NCBI GenBank assembly: GCA_044226015.1
Contig: JBGAHS010000007.1
Location: 352,001-416,000, forward strand
DNA: 64,000 nucleotides
Direction of reading: 5' to 3'
Source of the DNA: Candidatus Obscuribacteraceae bacterium
Lineage (GTDB): Bacteria; Cyanobacteriota; Vampirovibrionia; Obscuribacterales; Obscuribacteraceae
Made by a program: the position numbers and the translations under genes. Positions within the stretch are counted from its first letter, which is position 1; each line of letters opens with the position of its first letter. Below are positions 57,398-64,000 of the stretch, piece by piece. A model generated the notes under the pieces. The model was given only the letters and a program-made list of their open reading frames with translations. It made no database searches and was not told where the DNA came from.

Positions 57398-57575
57398 GAT
57401 TTCCGTGTCCAGTTAGACCATCGAATTATAGCCAGGATAAGACCTATTATTGAAGTCTCAAAAAATGAAGTTCTTGAAAACGAGAGCAGTGCTGAAGAAA
57501 GTAGTTGTTCCATTAAATTGGTTTATAAGCAGTTGTAATTAGCGGTAAAATTAGACCTCCCCACGGAGAGCGAGC

Positions 57576-58571
57576 ATGGAATTCAGGCAACTTGGCAGCA
57601 GTAAGGTCAAGGTATCCAAAATCATTTTTGGTGCATGGGCTATTGGCGGTTGGATGTGGGGCGGCACCGAAGAGAAAGATGCGATTGAAGCTATTCACAC
57701 TGCTATAGACGGCGGTTGCACCTCAATAGATACTGCGGCCGTTTATGGTTACGGTTACAGCGAGGAACTTGTCGCAAAAGCGATTAAGGGGAAGCGTGAC
57801 AAGGTTCAACTTTTGACGAAATTTGGTTTGCGTTGGGATTCGAAAGAAGGCGAACATTTTTTTGATTGGGAAGATGACGAAGGCAAAAAAAATATCTATC
57901 GAAATGCTCGCAAAAAGAGCATCATCAAAGAATGCGATGATAGCTTACGCCGATTACAGACTGACCACATCGACCTTTATCAATGTCACTGGCGTGATCC
58001 ATCCACCCCGCTAGATGAAACAATGGATGCTCTCAATACTTTAATCAAGCAGGGGAAGATTCTTGCTGCTGGCGTTAGCAATTTCAGCCGAGACGAGATC
58101 GAAGTTTCAAGCAAGCTTTGTTCAATCGCCTCTAATCAACCGCCTTACAGTATGGTTCTGCGCGATATCGAAAACGATATTCTTCCTTATTGCAGATATC
58201 AAAACATTGGCATTATTGTCTATAGCCCGTTGCAGAGAGGGCTTTTGACCGGCAAGTTCAAGCCAGATGTTCAGTTCAAGCCGGGAGATCATCGGGCAAA
58301 TCAATCTTTCTTCAAGCCAGAGAATATCAAAAGAACAAACGAGTTTCTAAGTAAGATTCGTCCGATTGCTGATGACTACAAAGCTACACTCGCACAGCTA
58401 GTTATTGCATGGACCGTTGCCCAACCTGGTGTGACAGCCGCTATTGTTGGAGCCCGCGATGCGGCACAGATGCTAGAGAATCTTGGTGCACAACATGTGA
58501 ATTTGAGTGCTGTGGAAATTGCTGAAATTGATAAGCACCTGCAGTCACTACAGCTGGTGGCAAGTAAGTAG
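57576..58571 (+). CDS. Aldo/keto reductase
   Basis: GAWAIGG, IDTAAVYG, SLRRLQTDHIDLYQCHW, GVSNF and YSPLQRGLLTGK motifs. Confidence 0.95.
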   Translation: MEFRQLGSSKVKVSKIIFGAWAIGGWMWGGTEEKDAIEAIHTAIDGGCTSIDTAAVYGYGYSEELVAKAIKGKRDKVQLLTKFGLRWDSKEGEHFFDWEDDEGKKNIYRNARKKSIIKECDDSLRRLQTDHIDLYQCHWRDPSTPLDETMDALNTLIKQGKILAAGVSNFSRDEIEVSSKLCSIASNQPPYSMVLRDIENDILPYCRYQNIGIIVYSPLQRGLLTGKFKPDVQFKPGDHRANQSFFKPENIKRTNEFLSKIRPIADDYKATLAQLVIAWTVAQPGVTAAIVGARDAAQMLENLGAQHVNLSAVEIAEIDKHLQSLQLVASK

Positions 58572-58620
58572 TTTATTTTTGGAACTCAATTTGTTTAGCT
58601 ATTTATCGTAATTCCATTTT

Positions 58621-59280
58621 ATGAGCAGCGATAAAGTCATTAATATGGAACCAATGTGGCCTTCGCTGGTGAGTTTAGCCGCTGCTGCGAGCTTATATGT
58701 TGCAATGCCAGATAGACTCACCTTGTTTGGACCGCCCTGGACGCTTCTGGCGGTAATTGTGAGCCTATTTATTCCAGCTGAAGTCGCGCATAAATTAGGC
58801 AAACATGCCGTTTGTCGCGTTGTTAGCTACATCTCGCTGTCTTTGATAACTTTCTCGATGATCTCATCTGTTTGCTTACATGTGCTTGCTATTGTGCATA
58901 AGACATTGCCGCCTGATAGATTGTTGCACTCAGCCATAATTCTATGGGCAACCAACATTCTTGTTTTTGCCGGTTGGTATTGGCGCCTCGATGCAGGTGG
59001 ACCCCACCAACGAAGTCAGCGTTCGGGTCATACATATGGTGCGTTCTACTTTCCGCAAATGAGTTTCTCGTCTGAAGACAAGGAATTAGTTTCTGCTTAT
59101 GCAAACTGGTCTCCACAGTTTATTGATTACGTCTTTCTTTCCTTCAATACGAGCACCGCTTTATCACCTACGGATGTTCCAGTTCTCTCGAGATGGGCGA
59201 AAGTACTGATGATGATACAGTCTAGCCTTTCACTCACCATCGTGGTGCTTCTGGCGGCTCGAGCCGTGAATATACTCTGA
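58621..59280 (+). CDS. Integral membrane protein (DUF1345-like)
   Basis: Several TM helices; FPQM..W.PQFIDYVFLSFNTSTALSPTDVPVLSRWAK. Confidence 0.75.
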   Translation: MSSDKVINMEPMWPSLVSLAAAASLYVAMPDRLTLFGPPWTLLAVIVSLFIPAEVAHKLGKHAVCRVVSYISLSLITFSMISSVCLHVLAIVHKTLPPDRLLHSAIILWATNILVFAGWYWRLDAGGPHQRSQRSGHTYGAFYFPQMSFSSEDKELVSAYANWSPQFIDYVFLSFNTSTALSPTDVPVLSRWAKVLMMIQSSLSLTIVVLLAARAVNIL

Positions 59281-59312
59281 GACTAGCGAATTTAAGAGTG
59301 GCGAAACTGGGA

Positions 59313-62300
59313 CTAGCGGGCGAGTTTTCCTTCGAACTGTCCGCTCATGGTTTTCTCTTTACCATTGGCGTCTTGTCCTGAATAGCGCCATATGCCCGAC
59401 ATTAACATTGCCGGTCCCGCACCTGGTTCGTTGTAGATCGAGAGCTTGCCCGAGTATACGATGCGTTTACTAATTGCAACTCCATTTCGCACATAGAGTT
59501 TGTCAAAGGTTATGATATCGCCCTGTCGAACGCCTTTGATTTGGAATGCACCACTGCTATCTGTGCCAGAGCCCCGCAGGTTTACACCATCCTGCTTAAT
59601 TTGTATGGCACCATATCCGGTGCTTCCCGTGGGGTTCTGATATCCATAGTCCCATTTGCCTGTCATGCTAGTAGTTTCAACTTTCATAAGCGCTTGCGGG
59701 CGCGGATTAGGCTTTTGCATGGGTTGTGCTGGTGTCGACTGTGCTTGCTGCATGGGCTGTGCCGGCATCTGCTGCATGGGCTGTGCCGGCATCTGCTGCA
59801 TGGGTTGCGCCGGCATTTGTTGCATGGGCTGTGCCGGCATCTGCTGCATGGGTTGCGCCGGCATCTGTTGCATGGGCGGTGCTGGCATTTGTTGCATTGG
59901 CTGTGTCGGCATCTGCTGCATTGGCATCTGCTGCATTGGCAGTGTCGGCATTTGCTGCATGGGTTGCGCCGTATGGCTGTTTTGCACCATATTCAAGCCA
60001 GCGCCTGCCTGAGGAGTTCCATTCGCTACGTCGAGCAAGTTTGGTGTCTCTCCCGTCGAATTTGATCCAATCGGGGCTACTTCAGCGGGACCCGTGGTGC
60101 CATTGTTCGCTGTCTGAGTTCCTTCGCGAACAGTTGCTTGTGTAGACGCCTGTTCTGATGGTGTTACGTCCGAGGGTGATGGTGCTCCTTTACCAGCTAC
60201 AGCTGGTTTATCCTTAACAGACGTAAGTCCAGTTGGTACTCGAAGAAGCATTATGCCGGCTAGAAATGCAAACGCACCAGTCGCGATGACCAGCGGCAGC
60301 ACCACTTTTTTGAATGCGTTAGCTGGCGGTTTATTTTGTTTTTCAGGTTGTTTGCTCAAAAGAGGTGACCTTAAACCCTCTGAACCTGAGGCGCCTTCAT
60401 TCGGTGTCTTGTCTGGAGCGCTGTCGTAAGGGAAAATTCTAGAGTTGGATGCGCGAGGGCTAAGTTGGTTAGCCGATGATTGCTGATTGGGCTCAGTGAG
60501 CCTTCCATCATGGGCTGCATCATTCATAGCCGAAGCACCATCTGGAGAGGAATTAAGATGCCCTGAGCTAACCTCAACATCCATGTTGAATATACCGCCA
60601 GTTGTTTTCCTCATCTCGCTGTTATTTGGTGGTGAAAATGATTGGTTTCTTCCACTGCTAATCTGATTTTCAAACTTACCCGACGTTGTTTGAGAGCTTT
60701 CCGCAGTAAAGTCACGATTGCCTGAGGAGCTCTGCATGTCTCTTCGCAACTTTTGTTGCTCACTGGTTTGATATAAATCATCTTGTTGATCATCAACAGC
60801 TTCCTTTGATGTTGGATCATTGGATGTGGTCGCCCTATAGGAGCCTGAGCCTGTTTGAGGGTCGGCTTGCGAATTGAAGGTTCCCGTTCCGAATTTTTCA
60901 ATGTCTGGTGAACTATAGTAGTTGTCTCCAGCCTTAATCAAACTATCTTGTTTTGCTCCAAATAGAGTATCTGTAGAATTGGATTTCGAGGCAACTTTGT
61001 CGATGGATGAGTTTGTATCTCGTGGTGTTGCCTGTGGTGCTGGCTGCTCGAAACTCTGAACATGCTGATTTGCCATGCTTGATTCGAAATTAGTGTCTTT
61101 TACAGACTCCATCGTCACCGCACCAAAAGCTGCCTGCCTATCAGAATTTTGCATTCTGAAGCTACCAGAAGCCGTTTGTTCGATCTGCTCTGTGCTGGTG
61201 CTTGCATTGCTTATCTGTTCAGCAAGCATACCTTGCGAACCAGAGCTGTGTAGGTTTGCGTGCATTTGCTCAAGAGAGTTAGCAGATGCTGGGTCAAATT
61301 CGACCGAATATTCAGGACCGCTTTCCATATTGGACGAGTCGAAGAGCTGGTCCATAAATTTGGATATCAACGCTTCTCCGGTTACTTCTGGTGCAGCTGA
61401 TGCTTGCTCTACTTGTGTTGTTTCAGGCTCCTCGTGCTGCTGTTCAGGCTCCTCGTGTTGTTGTTCAGGCTCCTCGTGTTGTTGTTCAGGCTCCTCGTGT
61501 TGTTGTTCAGGCTCCTCGTACTGCTGTTCAGGATGCTCTTTTAGTTCGGGATTCATGCCTGTTGCAGTAGCAAATTCGCCGTGCTCGCCCTCAACTTCCA
61601 TTTTGATTTGTTCGTACTCAGCTCTCTGAAGCTCAAATTCCCTCAGTTGCGCCAGGTACTCCGCACGCTCCTCTTCGCTGAGATTCTGCAACTCAGGGTC
61701 ATTCTCGTCGATTGCATGTGTAATGGTTTCGGCCTGGTGGCTCTCCAATTCAGCTTGCTGACGCTCAAATTCAACGCGTGCAGCTTGCTGGCGCTCAAAT
61801 TCAAGGCGCTCAGCTTGTTGACGCTCTAACTCCGCTCGCTCAGCTTGTTGGCGCTCATCCTCAGCTCTTTCAGTTTGCTGGCGCTCATATTCCGCTTGCT
61901 GCTTCTCATACTCTGCCTGCTGTTTTTCATACTCTGCTTGTTGTTTTTGGTATTCTGCCAACTTGCGTTCGTATTCTCTTTGCTGGCGCTCATATTCCGC
62001 TCGTTCTAATTCCTCACGTTGAATCTCAGCGGGACTCAAACCTGCTTCGTTTGTGGAGTTGCGAGGCTGATCGTTGTGATTCTGATAATGTTGCTGCCGA
62101 GCCAGTTCAGCACGCTCGCGTCTGCGCCGTTCGTATTCTTGCTGTTGTTCTTCAAACTCGGCTTGCTCTCGTTGCTGACGCTCAAGTTCCTGTTGCCGCT
62201 TTTCCTTTTCTCTGACTGCTCTTGCTGCTTGTTCATCATCATTTTGTTTTGGCGGCTGAGGGGGTGCTGGAGCTGCCTTTCCATTTTTTACACCAGTCAA

Positions 62301-62606
62301 CAAGCCCGTAAACCCGGCAGATTGAGTTTGGTCACCAACCGTTGACCAAATTCCTGTACGGAATTGTGAAACTGCGGGAGAGTTGTTGTAACTTACTTCT
62401 TCATTTGCAGGCATTTCCCGTTCGAAAATAACCTTCATCGTCTTAACGGCTAGCTGCGGGTCACCAGAAAAGCTTCTGTTCATTTTGTCGGCGGCGCCAG
62501 CGTCCATCGAGATGACATTGCCGTCCGAAGGCACGCCACAAGACTCGCAAACGGAAGTCCGTCTGTGAACCAAATGTCCGCATGTCTGGCAGATGTGAAT
62601 CTCCAT
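59313..62606 (-). CDS. Hypothetical bitopic protein: zinc ribbon, coiled coil, disordered linker, one TM, Q/M/P repeats and a C-terminal beta domain
   Basis: CQTCG..CESCG; QQAEYEK and EEPEQQH heptads; TM VVLPLVIATGAFAFLAGIMLL; AQPMQQMP repeats; ATG 62606 preferred over TTG 62660. Confidence 0.75.
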   Translation of the reverse strand: MEIHICQTCGHLVHRRTSVCESCGVPSDGNVISMDAGAADKMNRSFSGDPQLAVKTMKVIFEREMPANEEVSYNNSPAVSQFRTGIWSTVGDQTQSAGFTGLLTGVKNGKAAPAPPQPPKQNDDEQAARAVREKEKRQQELERQQREQAEFEEQQQEYERRRRERAELARQQHYQNHNDQPRNSTNEAGLSPAEIQREELERAEYERQQREYERKLAEYQKQQAEYEKQQAEYEKQQAEYERQQTERAEDERQQAERAELERQQAERLEFERQQAARVEFERQQAELESHQAETITHAIDENDPELQNLSEEERAEYLAQLREFELQRAEYEQIKMEVEGEHGEFATATGMNPELKEHPEQQYEEPEQQHEEPEQQHEEPEQQHEEPEQQHEEPETTQVEQASAAPEVTGEALISKFMDQLFDSSNMESGPEYSVEFDPASANSLEQMHANLHSSGSQGMLAEQISNASTSTEQIEQTASGSFRMQNSDRQAAFGAVTMESVKDTNFESSMANQHVQSFEQPAPQATPRDTNSSIDKVASKSNSTDTLFGAKQDSLIKAGDNYYSSPDIEKFGTGTFNSQADPQTGSGSYRATTSNDPTSKEAVDDQQDDLYQTSEQQKLRRDMQSSSGNRDFTAESSQTTSGKFENQISSGRNQSFSPPNNSEMRKTTGGIFNMDVEVSSGHLNSSPDGASAMNDAAHDGRLTEPNQQSSANQLSPRASNSRIFPYDSAPDKTPNEGASGSEGLRSPLLSKQPEKQNKPPANAFKKVVLPLVIATGAFAFLAGIMLLRVPTGLTSVKDKPAVAGKGAPSPSDVTPSEQASTQATVREGTQTANNGTTGPAEVAPIGSNSTGETPNLLDVANGTPQAGAGLNMVQNSHTAQPMQQMPTLPMQQMPMQQMPTQPMQQMPAPPMQQMPAQPMQQMPAQPMQQMPAQPMQQMPAQPMQQMPAQPMQQAQSTPAQPMQKPNPRPQALMKVETTSMTGKWDYGYQNPTGSTGYGAIQIKQDGVNLRGSGTDSSGAFQIKGVRQGDIITFDKLYVRNGVAISKRIVYSGKLSIYNEPGAGPAMLMSGIWRYSGQDANGKEKTMSGQFEGKLAR

Positions 62607-62805
62607 CTCGCAATCCGCTGTATTAATAGTGATGGTAGCCTTCTCTGCGGAAAAGAGCAACAGAAAGATTAAATGAGGGCAAAGTCACAAGCCCATCAGG
62701 ATGAGCAATTTCCTTGTCAGTGTGGCGGAGATATGCGGAGGCCATGTCTTGCATAGTCGGAGGGGCGGTATGTCAGGGCTGTCGGGTGATCGCGGTTTTG
62801 ACACG

Positions 62806-62843
62806 AAAATAAGAAGAGGGGCGCTGCTTGGGCGCTCCTCTTT
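62806..62843 (-). terminator. Probable terminator downstream of 62879-63403
   Basis: Minus strand AAGAGGAGCGC-CCAAGCA-GCGCCCCTCTT followed by CTTATTTT. Confidence 0.6.
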
Positions 62844-62878
62844 CATCAGGTGATGGTCTACTCTGCAAGGTCTTCGGA

Positions 62879-63403
62879 CTAAATGACTAGGCTATTTGCA
62901 AGACTTAGAGGTCCTTTCGTGGCGAGAATGCTGCTTGACACCTCCTTCCAACTGTCAGTTCGCATAACTTTCCTTAGGTGCTGCGAGAACTTAGCTACTT
63001 CTTTGTCATCGGCATTGAACAAAAACAAATGCTCCACTTTTCCCAGATAGGAAAGAACTTCCAGCCGGTCATCGATGAAGTAACTTGCACCTATGTTTTC
63101 GCATATGCCTGCTTTCTCTTTCCTTGTTTTGCAAAATTTCGCGTTCGCTGGAGCAATTCCGGTTATCTCAAAAAAGCGTTTGTGTTTCAGCCAGTGCATT
63201 GATTTTTTCTGAACAGCTGACCCGCATTTTGAAACCAGGTATATTTCAAATCCTGATTTCTGCAGAAGTGCTATTTGCTCGAACGCACCTTCAATGGCTG
63301 GAGTAGATAGGTAGTCATTGCCGAAAAATGAGGTATCAGTTTTGTCATTTATTCTTCCTATTATCACTCCACCAATATCCACGCCGATAATATTCTTGTT
63401 CAT
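62879..63403 (-). CDS. HAD-like (5'-nucleotidase-related) hypothetical protein
   Basis: IGVDIGGVI (degenerate DxD motif), LVSK, FIDDR; AGAGG SD. Confidence 0.7.
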   Translation of the reverse strand: MNKNIIGVDIGGVIIGRINDKTDTSFFGNDYLSTPAIEGAFEQIALLQKSGFEIYLVSKCGSAVQKKSMHWLKHKRFFEITGIAPANAKFCKTRKEKAGICENIGASYFIDDRLEVLSYLGKVEHLFLFNADDKEVAKFSQHLRKVMRTDSWKEVSSSILATKGPLSLANSLVI

Positions 63404-63495
63404 TTCGTTTTCCTCTTTGTTTTGTCAAATATGAATCTAACTTGAGGAGAAATAAATAGGAACTATAATATTGCTATAAACTATAGGTATAAGTT

Positions 63496-64000
63496 ATGAC
63501 TGTAAAATTACCAAGTCTTGATGCTCTGCAGGCATTTCTTGTATTCAGTGAGACTCTGAATTTTACGCACGCGGCTGAGCAGCTTCACATATCGCAGCCG
63601 GCGCTGCACGTGAAAATTCAAGAACTATCGAATTCTCTAGAGATGCCACTTTACACGAAAGTTGGCAGGCGTCTTGAACTCACAGAACAAGGTCGGATGC
63701 TTGCAAGATTCTCACGCAAAACCATTGAGCAAACCAAAGATTTTGTCAGCGAAATTTCAACAGGGGCCAAACGACAATCTCTTGTATTTGCAGCAGGTGA
63801 GGGTGCCTATCTGTACTTGTTGGGTGAGCCAATTAAGCAGTTTTTGCAGGGTTCAAAAGCAAATCTTAAGCTGCTTACCTTAAATCGGGATGGCATTATT
63901 GACGCTATTTCTACAGGAAAGGCGCAGCTTGGAGTAGCCTCTTGCGAATCTATTCCAGATGGATTTCAATCACATTTGCTATGCAAAGTCGAGCAGGTTT
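63496..64000 (+). CDS. LysR-family regulator, runs off the window
   Basis: Read manually: MTVKLPSLDALQAFLVFSETLNFTHAAEQLHISQPALHVKIQEL...; divergent from the HAD-like gene. Confidence 0.9.
   Translation, partial: MTVKLPSLDALQAFLVFSETLNFTHAAEQLHISQPALHVKIQELSNSLEMPLYTKVGRRLELTEQGRMLARFSRKTIEQTKDFVSEISTGAKRQSLVFAAGEGAYLYLLGEPIKQFLQGSKANLKLLTLNRDGIIDAISTGKAQLGVASCESIPDGFQSHLLCKVEQV

Noticed and set aside
59541..62345. Cys-rich + strand ORFs (CCMGCAGI, SSCCCSG)
   Set aside because: Antisense translations of the Gln-rich repeats of the minus-strand gene, not metallothioneins or RiPP precursors.

Overview
Bacterial chromosomal window, probably from Candidatus Melainabacteria/Obscuribacterales (inferred from gene style only, not proven). 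The left end holds a partial SDR gene, a guanidine-II riboswitch ahead of gdx/sugE, a deaminase, a CPXCG protein and an EVE protein. An unusual 4.2-kb block follows: a 43-bp tandem array of two ~21.5-bp half-units, an orphan DUF6088/AbiEi-like wHTH gene, a 20-bp GC-rich repeat, and an array of 22 tRNA genes (21 plausible, 1 degenerate). Many of these tRNAs have non-canonical features, and two highly structured non-tRNA inserts interrupt the array, one with a clear H-type pseudoknot. The middle carries a TPR-matrixin protease, LysR/enoyl-CoA hydratase, UvrA2, hcp, an S53 protease, AlgJ/AlgI-like acetylation genes, a triheme cytochrome c peroxidase, a tandem-duplicated histidine kinase, and an NADP alcohol dehydrogenase with its AraC regulator. 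A single 24.2-kb ORF encodes an 8062-aa beta-helical adhesin-like protein with 21 vicinal-Cys repeats. A second S53 protease sharing an unusual hydrophobic N-terminal domain follows it. The right end has pirin, a double-ABM membrane protein, an aldo/keto reductase, a membrane protein, a low-complexity membrane-anchored protein, a HAD-like protein and a partial LysR. All calls come from reading the sequence; no searches were run.
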